From: Gemmatimonadota bacterium
GTDB lineage: Bacteria; Gemmatimonadota; Gemmatimonadetes; Palauibacterales; Palauibacteraceae
Reading direction: 5' to 3'
NCBI GenBank assembly: GCA_020351855.1
Contig: CP070670.1
Coordinates: forward strand, 1,170,294-1,234,293
DNA length: 64,000 nucleotides
This document shows positions 8,847-16,574 of this stretch, piece after piece (position 1 is the first letter of the stretch; each line of letters starts with the position of its first letter). The notes below the pieces were generated by a model. The model had not been told where the DNA came from. It worked only from the letters and a program-made list of their open reading frames with translations, and searched no databases. Both the position numbers and the translations under genes were made by a program.

Positions 8847-10373
8847 ATGAGCGAACAGATACCCATTGTCGAGGCATTCCGTGTGATGACGGCGAACAAG
8901 TCGCTGTCGGAGGAAGAGTTGCACGATCTCATCCGCGATGGAATCCATGCGGCGCTTGCGCGCCGGTTCGACGGGCCGGTGGACGCGGAGATCGAGATCC
9001 TGCCGGATGGCGACATCAAGATCGTCGTTCTGAAGGAGGTCGTGGAGGAGGTGGAGGACCCCGCGCGTCAGATCAGGCTGGAGGAGGCGCGGTGGGATGA
9101 CCCGGACTTCCAGGTCGGCGATCTGATGGAGATTCCGGTAAACTTCCGCGATTTCGGCCGCGGTGCGGTGATGGCTGCCAAGCAGCGGATCATCCAGAGG
9201 GTCCGCGAGGGAGAGCGCGACAAGATCCGCGAGGAGTTCAACGACCGGGTCGGGGAGCTGGTGTCCGGCGAGGTCCAGTCGATCCAGCGCGGCACTCTGG
9301 TCGTGCTCCTCAATCGGGCGCGCGAGGCCGAGGCGATCATCCCGTGGCGGGAACAGAACCCGCGCGAACGCTTTCGGCAGGGGGAATCGATTCGCGCGGT
9401 ATTGAAGAAGCTGGAGGAGACACCGCGGGGGCCGCGCCTCATCCTCTCGCGGGCGGACCCGCTCTTCGTGGCGGCGCTGTTCGCGCTGGAGGTGCCCGAG
9501 ATCTACCAGGGGCTGATCGAGGACAAGGAGATCGTACGCGAGGCGGGCGGTCGAACGAAGGTCGCGGTCTCCTCGCGGGATGAATCGGTCGACCCGGTGG
9601 GGGCCTGCGTCGGCGTGAAGGGCTCTCGGGTGCAGGCGGTGGTCTCGGAACTGGGGGGCGAGCGGATCGACATCGTGCCGTGGCACCCGGACCCGGAGAT
9701 CTTCGCCCGACGAGCGCTCGCTCCCGCTCGCGTGGCCAAGGTCATCTCCGACTCCTCGCGTCGCGTCATCACGGCGATCGTGGATGAGGACCAGCTCTCG
9801 CTGGCCATCGGTCGCAACGGACAGAACGTTCGCCTGGCATCGCAGCTGATCGGCTGGCAGATCGACCTGTACTCGAGCCGTGACTGGATGGAGCGTGGCG
9901 CCGAGTCGGTCCTGTTCGGCGGTGACGAGGAGTACGAGGTGGCGGACTTCCCCCTCTCCGAGCTGGACGGGATCAGCCCGGCCAGCCTCGCCGCCCTGGA
10001 GGCGGCCGGGATCAGTTCATTCTTCGACGTTCTGGACATGGACAAGCAGGATTTTCTCCAGGTGCCCGGAATCGGCGAGGAGGAGGCCGCGTCGCTGATG
10101 GCACTCATCGACGAACTCACCGTCGTCGAGGAGGTTGAGGCACAGGCGCGAAAGGCTCCGGAGGCCACGGCAGAGGCGGGGGCGGAGGCCACGGCAGAGG
10201 CCGAGGCCGCGGTGGAGGTGGGGGCAGATGCTGCAGCGGACGCCGAGGCGGCACCGGACGCCGAGGAGGAGGTGGCGGAACTGCCGGAGCAGACGGAGGA
10301 CGACCTGCGTGCGGAGGCGGATGGGGAGCTGGCGGGGGCCGAGCAACTGGTCGCGGAGGAGCGCGGTTCGTGA
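8847..10373 (+). CDS. nusA: Transcription termination/antitermination factor NusA
   Basis: S1 and KH domains are recognisable (GEVQSIQRGTLVVLL, VGACVGVKGSRVQAVVSELGGERIDIV, AIGRNGQNVRLASQLIGWQIDL), followed by an acidic C-terminal tail. Confidence 0.95.
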   Translation: MSEQIPIVEAFRVMTANKSLSEEELHDLIRDGIHAALARRFDGPVDAEIEILPDGDIKIVVLKEVVEEVEDPARQIRLEEARWDDPDFQVGDLMEIPVNFRDFGRGAVMAAKQRIIQRVREGERDKIREEFNDRVGELVSGEVQSIQRGTLVVLLNRAREAEAIIPWREQNPRERFRQGESIRAVLKKLEETPRGPRLILSRADPLFVAALFALEVPEIYQGLIEDKEIVREAGGRTKVAVSSRDESVDPVGACVGVKGSRVQAVVSELGGERIDIVPWHPDPEIFARRALAPARVAKVISDSSRRVITAIVDEDQLSLAIGRNGQNVRLASQLIGWQIDLYSSRDWMERGAESVLFGGDEEYEVADFPLSELDGISPASLAALEAAGISSFFDVLDMDKQDFLQVPGIGEEEAASLMALIDELTVVEEVEAQARKAPEATAEAGAEATAEAEAAVEVGADAAADAEAAPDAEEEVAELPEQTEDDLRAEADGELAGAEQLVAEERGS

Positions 10374-10732
10374 CCATCACCGGGGGGGAGGCGGCGGCGC
10401 TTCGCGCCGTTGGGGTCGCCCGCCGGGCGGGGTGCGTGGCGGTCGGCACACGCGCGGTCCGGCTAGCCGCCCGAGACGGGCTGCTCGCCGCGATCCTGCT
10501 AGCGCGGGATGCGAGCCCGCACGCCCGCGAGCGACTCGAGCGGGTCGGCAGGGCGAGCGGGGCGAACCTGCTGACCTGCGGTGACCGAGCGGCGCTCGGC
10601 GCCGCGGTGGGCCGGGGGCCAGTCGCCGCTCTCGGGGTGACGGTCTCCCGTCTGGCGGACATGGTTCTCGGTGCCGCGGCCGGCGGAGCTGAGGGTGGGC
10701 TGTGCGAAATGGCATCAGGTCTGGAGGCATGA
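10370..10732 (+). CDS. ylxQ: L7Ae-family ribosomal-protein-like YlxQ homologue
   Basis: LRAVGVARRAGCVAVGTRAVRLAARDGLLAAILLARDASPHARERLERV aligns with B. subtilis YlxQ. It sits between nusA and infB with GTGA and ATGA overlaps. Confidence 0.7.
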   Translation: MTITGGEAAALRAVGVARRAGCVAVGTRAVRLAARDGLLAAILLARDASPHARERLERVGRASGANLLTCGDRAALGAAVGRGPVAALGVTVSRLADMVLGAAAGGAEGGLCEMASGLEA

Positions 10733-13458
10733 GTTTGTCGACGTATCGGGTGTACGAGGTCGCTGAGGAGCTCGGTGTCGAGTCGTCCCAGCTGATCGGA
10801 ATCCTTCGCGAGATGGGCGTTCCCGTCCGGAGCCACATGTCAGTGGTGGACGAGGGGCAGATCGCGCGCCTGCACGCGCGCCTGGAGCGCGAGCGCCGCA
10901 CGGGCTCGGCCGCTCCGGCGTCTCGGTCGGAGTCGGCACCGCGTCGCCGTCGCCGCCGAAAGGCGAAGCCGGAGCCTATCGAGGTAGTGGCGGAGGTACC
11001 CGAGGAAGGACGCGAGGTGGAGGAGGCCGCTGTCCTGGAGGAGGGCGAGGTGGCGGCCGCGGGCGACCGGGAGGCTGAAGAGATCGTCGCGGCGATGGTC
11101 GAGGAGCCGGCCGCCGGCCTGGAGGCCCCGGAGGAGGTTGAGGTCTTTGGCGAGGAGGTACTGGACGTCGGCGAGGGAGCGGAGGTCGGGATCTCCGTCG
11201 AGGAGGCCGAGTCCGAAGAGATCGGGCCGGTCGAGCTCGAGGAGATCGCGGCGGAGTTCGAGGTCGTGGTGGAGGAGGCGCCCGAGGCCGCGGAGGAGGA
11301 TCTCGTGTCCGCGGAGGAGGATCTCGTGTCCGCGGAGCCGTCAGCCGAAGCGCCCAGGCGGCGGAAGCGCAAGCCAAAGCCCGTCCGGCGCGGCATGCCG
11401 TCCGCGCCGACTGCCTCGGCAGCGCCGGGTGGCACGGTTCGCATCCAGGCGGAGGGCTACACCGTGGATGGGCGGCGGAAGCCACGCCCGGAGCAGCGCC
11501 GCCGGCAGCGCCGGGTCGACCAGGATGCAGTTCAGGAGAACGTGAAGCGGACCCTGGCGGCCATGGAGGGCGGTGGTGGAGGGCGAAAGCGAAAGCGCGA
11601 CGTCCCATCCGCCGAGCAGGAGGCCGAACTCGAGCGGCAAGCCCTCGAGGCCGAGGCCGAGAGGACGCGCATTCGCGTCGCCGAGTTCCTAACGATCGCC
11701 GAACTGTCCGACCTCATCAGCGTCTCGGCTCAACAGATCATCACGTCGGCGTTCAAGAACCTCGGCCTGATGGTCACGATCAACCAGCGCTTGGACTTCG
11801 ACCAGATCGAGCTCATCTGCGAGGAGTTCGGATTCGAGGCCGTCCGTGAGGAGCGGTATGAAGCCGATCTACAGGAGCTGGCCGATGTGGAGGACGTGGA
11901 GGCGGATCTGGAGCCGCGCGCGCCCGTCGTGACGGTGATGGGACACGTGGATCACGGAAAGACTTCGCTGCTCGATTATCTGCGTCATGCCAACGTCATC
12001 GCCGGCGAGGCGGGCGGAATCACGCAGCACATCGGGGCCTACAGGCTCGAGCTCGATGGCGGCCGTTCGATCAGCTTCTTGGACACCCCGGGCCACGAGG
12101 CCTTCACGGCCATGAGGGCGCGTGGCGCGGAGATCACGGATGTCGTCGTGTTGGTCGTGGCAGCCGACGACGCCGTGATGCCCCAGACGGTAGAGGCGAT
12201 CAGCCATGCGAAGAACGCCGGTGTGCCGATCGTCGTGGCCATCAACAAGGTGGACCTGCCGTCCGCCAACGTCCCGAAGGTGCAGCAGGAACTGCTGTCC
12301 CACGACGTCGTCCTGGAGGAGTTCGGTGGCGATGTGCTGTCGGCTGCCGTTTCGGCAAAGACCGGCCAGGGCGTGGAGGATCTGCTGGACAAGATTCTCC
12401 TGCAGGCTGAGCTGCTCGAGCTGCGCGCCAACCCGAATCGGTCCGCACGCGGCACCGTCGTGGAGGCACAGCTGGACCGGGGAATGGGGCCGGTCGCGAC
12501 CGTTCTCGTGCAGAACGGCACGCTGCGGGTCGGCGATGACTTCATCTGCGGCCTGTTCGGCGGCCGCGTCCGGGCGCTGCTCGATGAGCGCGACAACAAC
12601 GTCGAGGAGGCCGGGCCATCCATGCCGGTGCGGGTGCTCGGTCTGGAAGGCGTCCCGCAGGCCGGCGACTCGTTCATCGTCGCGGAGGCCGAGCGCACAA
12701 AGGAGATCGCGGGTCGGCGTCGACAGCTGGAACGAGAGAAGGAGATCCGCCGGCGCCAGAAGGGCACCAGCCTCACCGACCTCTTCGAGACCGTGCAGGC
12801 CGGAGAGAAGGCCGTCCTGAACCTCGTCATCAAGGCGGACACGGACGGATCGGTGCAGGCGCTGTCGGACGCTCTCGAGCGGCTGAGCACCGGCGAGGTG
12901 ATGGTGGAGGTCATTCACCGGGGGGTGGGAGCAATCAACGAATCCGACGTCCTGCTCGCGTCGACCAGCTCTGCCGTGATCATCGGCTTCCACGTGCGTC
13001 CGGATGCCGGGGCGCGGGACCTTGCGCACCGGGAAGGGATCGAGGTGCGGAGCTACGACGTGATTTACGAGGCGGTAGAGGAGATGCGCCTCGCGCTCGA
13101 AGGGTTGCTCAAGCCGGAGGAACGGGAGGTGGTGGTGGGAACGGCGGAGGTCCGAAAGCTGTTCCGCGTGCCGAAGGTAGGGACAGTGGCGGGGTGCTAC
13201 GTGGCGCACGGCGTGATTCAACGCAATCTGCCGGTCCATATCGTGCGCGACCAGGTGCGGATCTACAGCGGGAAGATAGACAGCCTCAAGCGGTTCAAGG
13301 ACGACGTGCGGGAGGTGCGCGAGGGCTACGAGTGCGGCATCTCGATCGAGGGATACAACGACATCAAGGAAGGCGACTTGATCGAATCCTATCGCATCGA
13401 GGAGATCGCCCGCACCCTGGCCGAGAGCGCCGCAGCGACGGAGAGTTCTGCCCCGTAG
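10729..13458 (+). CDS. infB: Translation initiation factor IF-2
   Basis: N-terminus MSLSTYRVYEVAEELGVESSQLIGILREMGV. The G-domain is present (VVTVMGHVDHGKTSLLD, DTPGHEAF, NKVD), followed by the C-terminal beta-barrels. An acidic low-complexity linker contains a perfect 21-bp tandem duplication. Confidence 0.95.
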   Translation: MSLSTYRVYEVAEELGVESSQLIGILREMGVPVRSHMSVVDEGQIARLHARLERERRTGSAAPASRSESAPRRRRRRKAKPEPIEVVAEVPEEGREVEEAAVLEEGEVAAAGDREAEEIVAAMVEEPAAGLEAPEEVEVFGEEVLDVGEGAEVGISVEEAESEEIGPVELEEIAAEFEVVVEEAPEAAEEDLVSAEEDLVSAEPSAEAPRRRKRKPKPVRRGMPSAPTASAAPGGTVRIQAEGYTVDGRRKPRPEQRRRQRRVDQDAVQENVKRTLAAMEGGGGGRKRKRDVPSAEQEAELERQALEAEAERTRIRVAEFLTIAELSDLISVSAQQIITSAFKNLGLMVTINQRLDFDQIELICEEFGFEAVREERYEADLQELADVEDVEADLEPRAPVVTVMGHVDHGKTSLLDYLRHANVIAGEAGGITQHIGAYRLELDGGRSISFLDTPGHEAFTAMRARGAEITDVVVLVVAADDAVMPQTVEAISHAKNAGVPIVVAINKVDLPSANVPKVQQELLSHDVVLEEFGGDVLSAAVSAKTGQGVEDLLDKILLQAELLELRANPNRSARGTVVEAQLDRGMGPVATVLVQNGTLRVGDDFICGLFGGRVRALLDERDNNVEEAGPSMPVRVLGLEGVPQAGDSFIVAEAERTKEIAGRRRQLEREKEIRRRQKGTSLTDLFETVQAGEKAVLNLVIKADTDGSVQALSDALERLSTGEVMVEVIHRGVGAINESDVLLASTSSAVIIGFHVRPDAGARDLAHREGIEVRSYDVIYEAVEEMRLALEGLLKPEEREVVVGTAEVRKLFRVPKVGTVAGCYVAHGVIQRNLPVHIVRDQVRIYSGKIDSLKRFKDDVREVREGYECGISIEGYNDIKEGDLIESYRIEEIARTLAESAAATESSAP
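11293..11334 (+). repeat. Perfect 21-bp tandem duplication (x2) inside infB, encoding EEDLVSA EEDLVSA
   Basis: GAGGAGGATCTCGTGTCCGCG occurs twice back-to-back at 11293-11313 and 11314-11334, in frame within the acidic IF-2 linker. Confidence 0.9.
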
Positions 13459-13464
13459 GCGCCC

Positions 13465-13752
13465 ATGGCCGCGATCGTCGGCGTCGGGCGCTGGGTGCTG
13501 CACCTGCCCGGCTGCACGTCGCTCAAGATGAAGCGCCGGATCGTCCGAGGCCTGCGCGACCGCCTTCAGACCCGACACCGCGTGTCTGCCGCGGAGACCG
13601 ATTTTCAGGACAAGTGGCAGAAGGCGGAGATCTGCGTCGCCGTGGTGGCGGCGGATGCGTCGGTCGCGCAGGACCTGCTGGCTCGCCTTGACCAGTACGT
13701 CGGTTCCGATCCTCGGGTCGTCGTCATCGAGCGTGAGACCGTTCTCTACTGA
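13465..13752 (+). CDS. DUF503 (YlxP-like) protein
   Basis: A 95-aa ORF between infB and rbfA, the same position as B. subtilis ylxP. Sequence is MAAIVGVGRWVLHLPGCTSLKMKRRIVRGLRDRL... Confidence 0.65.
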   Translation: MAAIVGVGRWVLHLPGCTSLKMKRRIVRGLRDRLQTRHRVSAAETDFQDKWQKAEICVAVVAADASVAQDLLARLDQYVGSDPRVVVIERETVLY

Positions 13753-13800
13753 GGAGAGGGCCACGGCGCGTCCGACAACACCGCCGCGGCAGAACGACGG

Positions 13801-14196
13801 ATGGCGAAGAGACGGATCGAGCGCGTCAATCAGCTGCTGAGGGAAGAGCTCGCGAAGCTCATCCTCCGCTCGGCGAAGGACCCGCGCTTGGCCTCCGTGT
13901 CCATCATGGCCGTGCGTACGACTCCCGATCTGAAGTATGCCACCGTGTACGTGCGGGCGGGCGGGAACCGAGAGGCGCTCGCCGCGGCGCTCGAGGGACT
14001 CGGGAGTGCGGAGGGCTTCCTGCGGCGGGAGCTCGGCCGGCGTCTCCACCTCCGACGCATCCCGGAGCTGACCTTCGAGGAGGATCAGACGATCGAGCGG
14101 GCGGGGCGGATCGAGGAGCTTCTCCGGCAGGTCCGATCGGCGTCGACCCGGCCGGGGTCCTCGCCGGATGACGCGACCGAGCGCGAGGTCGAGTGA
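13801..14196 (+). CDS. rbfA: Ribosome-binding factor A
   Basis: RIERVNQLLREELAKLILRS...YATVYV is typical RbfA. Confidence 0.9.
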   Translation: MAKRRIERVNQLLREELAKLILRSAKDPRLASVSIMAVRTTPDLKYATVYVRAGGNREALAAALEGLGSAEGFLRRELGRRLHLRRIPELTFEEDQTIERAGRIEELLRQVRSASTRPGSSPDDATEREVE

Positions 14197-15134
14197 TGAG
14201 AGACGACACAACCCTTTCCGGCATCTTGCTGGTGGACAAGTCGCCGGGTCCGACATCCCACGACGTCGTCTTGCGGGTCCGCCGCGTGCTCCGTACGCGC
14301 CGAGTCGGTCACACCGGCACGCTAGACCCTTTCGCCAGCGGCCTCCTCGTCCTCTGCGTGGGGCGAGCCACCCGGCTCAGCGAGTACATGCACATTCCCG
14401 CCAAGCGGTACGAGGCTGAACTGCGTCTCGGAGTCGAGACGGAGTCCCACGATCGCGAGGGCGCCGTGGTCTCCGTCTCGGACGCGTGGAAAGGGCTCAC
14501 GCTGGATCGGGTCGGCGAGGTCCTGCGGAGCCTGGAGGGAACCGGTGTTCAGCAGCCACCGGCCTACTCCGCGAAGCGGCTGGGGGGACAGCGCGCGCAT
14601 TCGCTCGCGCGGGCCGGGGTGCGAGTGGACCTGGCTCCGGCTCGCATCACCATCCACTCCCTGATCGTCCTGCAGTTCGAGCCCCCGATGCTTCGCTTGG
14701 AGGCCCGCGTGTCCACGGGCACCTACGTGCGGGCGCTCGCCCGAGACTTGGGAAGGCAGCTCGGGTGTGGAGCTCATCTGACCTCGCTGCGACGCACGTC
14801 GATCGGCGACATCGACGTCCGGGAGGGCCTGCCCGACCAGCTACTTGCCGAGAGCACGGATCGGGAGCGGATCCTTTCGAGCCCTGCCTGGCGTGAACCG
14901 GGAGACGTCTTGTCCTGGCTCCCCTCGCGTCGACTGAAAGCGGACGAACTCGCCCTCGTGGAGACGGGCCGGCCGGTCGATGGCGGCGGGGTCGTAAGCC
15001 CGGGACCGCCCGCGAACAGCAGCGGGTGGGCGGACGATGAGCGGCCCGTGCGCCTCATGTACGGGGACCGGCTCGTAGGCATCGCTCAGCGCAAGGACGA
15101 CCGGCTTCAGCCGCGGAAGGTACTGCTTGACTGA
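14193..15134 (+). CDS. truB: tRNA pseudouridine(55) synthase
   Basis: GILLVDKSPGPTSHDVVLRVRRVLRTRRVGHTGTLDPFASGLLVLCVG carries the catalytic-Asp motif. ATGA overlap with rbfA. Confidence 0.9.
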   Translation: MMRDDTTLSGILLVDKSPGPTSHDVVLRVRRVLRTRRVGHTGTLDPFASGLLVLCVGRATRLSEYMHIPAKRYEAELRLGVETESHDREGAVVSVSDAWKGLTLDRVGEVLRSLEGTGVQQPPAYSAKRLGGQRAHSLARAGVRVDLAPARITIHSLIVLQFEPPMLRLEARVSTGTYVRALARDLGRQLGCGAHLTSLRRTSIGDIDVREGLPDQLLAESTDRERILSSPAWREPGDVLSWLPSRRLKADELALVETGRPVDGGGVVSPGPPANSSGWADDERPVRLMYGDRLVGIAQRKDDRLQPRKVLLD

Positions 15135-16110
15135 GTCGGTGTCGTCGGCCGCAGGCGGGGGGCTGCCACCGAGCGTGACGGGGACGATCGTCACCGTCGG
15201 TACCTTCGATGGCGTACATCGCGGGCACTGGGCGGTGCTCACGGAGATCGGGGAGCGGGCCCGACGGCGCCGGCTGAAGAGCGTTCTCGTGACCTTCGAT
15301 CGGCATCCGCTCACCGTCGTTCGCCCGGAGGCCGTTCCTCCCGTGCTGACGTCGCCGGACGAGAAGAAGGAGATGCTCGCACTTTCCTCGCTGGACTACG
15401 TGGCCTTCCTGTCGTTCGACCGCGCCCTGTCGATGTACGAGCCGGAAGAGTTCGTCCGGCTCGTGCTCGTAGACCGGTTTCGGGTCAAGGAGCTCGTCGT
15501 GGGTCACGACCACGGCTTCGGGCGGAACCGCAGGGGCGATCGTGCGACCCTTCGCCGGCTCGGAGAGGAGCTTGCCTTCAGCGTCGATGTGGTGCCTGCG
15601 GTGACCTGGGACGGAGAGTCCATCTCCTCCTCGCGGATTCGGCAGCTTGTCGCGCAGGGGGCCGTCGAGGAGGCGGCGCGAGCGCTCGGACGCCCCTATT
15701 CGCTGAGGGGAGTGGTGGTTCACGGGTTCGAGCGCGGGCGTCGGCTGGGCTTTCGCACGGCGAACCTCGCCGCGCCGGAGGGGGGCAAGCTGATCCCGGG
15801 GGCCGGAGTCTACGCGGTACGGGCGACCCTGAGGTGGCGCATTCTCGAGGGTCTGCTGCACCTCGGACCGCGGCCTACCTTCCCGGGCTCCCCGCCTTCA
15901 ATCGAGCTGTATCTCCTGGAGTTCAACGAGGAGATCTACGGCGAGAGCGTACGGGTCGATTTCCTGGCGCGGCTCCGCGAAGTGCGTCCGTTCGCGTCGG
16001 CCGAGGAGCTGGTGAGACAGTTGCGTCGCGATGAGGAGCAGGCAAGGCGGTTCTTCCGACACCAAACGGCGGACGGGCGGGCGGTCACGCCGGGTGGCGC
16101 GGCGAGCTGA
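15127..16110 (+). CDS. ribF: Bifunctional riboflavin kinase / FAD synthetase
   Basis: VTVGTFDGVHRGHWAVL is the FAD synthetase nucleotidyl motif. The C-terminal riboflavin-kinase region (GVVVHGFERGRRLGFRTANL) is also present. Confidence 0.9.
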   Translation: MTESVSSAAGGGLPPSVTGTIVTVGTFDGVHRGHWAVLTEIGERARRRRLKSVLVTFDRHPLTVVRPEAVPPVLTSPDEKKEMLALSSLDYVAFLSFDRALSMYEPEEFVRLVLVDRFRVKELVVGHDHGFGRNRRGDRATLRRLGEELAFSVDVVPAVTWDGESISSSRIRQLVAQGAVEEAARALGRPYSLRGVVVHGFERGRRLGFRTANLAAPEGGKLIPGAGVYAVRATLRWRILEGLLHLGPRPTFPGSPPSIELYLLEFNEEIYGESVRVDFLARLREVRPFASAEELVRQLRRDEEQARRFFRHQTADGRAVTPGGAAS

Positions 16111-16197
16111 TGTTTACATGTCAGCATAATATCGGTACCTTTTCTGGCTTTACGTTTTTGATGGGACGAACGAGAGAAAGAGAGACGGAAACAAGAG
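16111..16197 (+). promoter_or_regulatory. AT-rich promoter and 5'UTR island upstream of rpsO
   Basis: This 87-nt stretch falls far below the window's ~70% GC. It contains TTTACA (16113-16118) and TAATAT (16127-16132) and a purine-rich RBS tract before the rpsO ATG. The exact -35/-10 pairing is unclear because the spacing is not canonical. Confidence 0.4.
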
Positions 16198-16467
16198 ATG
16201 GCGTCAGGCGCAGCTGATACGAAGAGCATCGTGGAGAAGTTCGGGCAGCATGAGAACGACTGCGGGTCGACATCCGTCCAGATCGCGCTGCTCACGGCCC
16301 GCATCGAGGAGCTCACCGATCACTTCCAGCAGCATCCCAAGGACCACCACAGCCGTCGAGGCCTGCTGAAGCTCGTGGGGCGCCGTCGGCGCCTGCTGGC
16401 CTACCTGCGACGCAAGGATCTCGAGCAGTACCGGCGCCTCATCGACGAGCTTGGCCTTCGGCGCTAG
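16198..16467 (+). CDS. rpsO: 30S ribosomal protein S15
   Basis: An 89-aa product with ...[48 protein letters not shown]..., which is the S15 signature. Confidence 0.95.
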   Translation: MASGAADTKSIVEKFGQHENDCGSTSVQIALLTARIEELTDHFQQHPKDHHSRRGLLKLVGRRRRLLAYLRRKDLEQYRRLIDELGLRR

Positions 16468-16494
16468 GCGGCTGCGGACGGGGAAGGGCTCAGG

Positions 16495-16515
16495 GGCGGC
16501 GGCTCGAGCCGCCAC
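16495..16515 (+). promoter_or_regulatory. GC hairpin in the rpsO-pnp intercistronic leader (possible rpsO terminator or RNase III processing stem)
   Basis: GGCGGCTCGAGCCGCC (16498-16513) is a perfect palindrome with no trailing T-tract. It sits 30 nt after the rpsO stop and about 60 nt before the pnp start. Confidence 0.3.
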
Positions 16516-16574
16516 CGGTGGCCTTCGGAAGCATCATCAGGCACAGAAGAGAGCAGAAAGAGAAGAGGCACAAA

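Noticed and set aside
11869-14256. Very long antisense ORFs, for example 11869-14256 (795 aa, opposite infB). Others are 16464-17780 and 17886-19481 (opposite pnp/M16), 19536-20855 (opposite ald), 23596-25332 (opposite mrdA), 26190-27548, 44895-47219 (opposite clpB), 54654-56288 and 59104-60672.
   Set aside because: All lie entirely inside well-supported sense-strand genes with clear homologues. Their products are Arg/Pro/Gly-rich low-complexity strings typical of stop-codon-poor frames in ~70% GC DNA. No recognisable domains.
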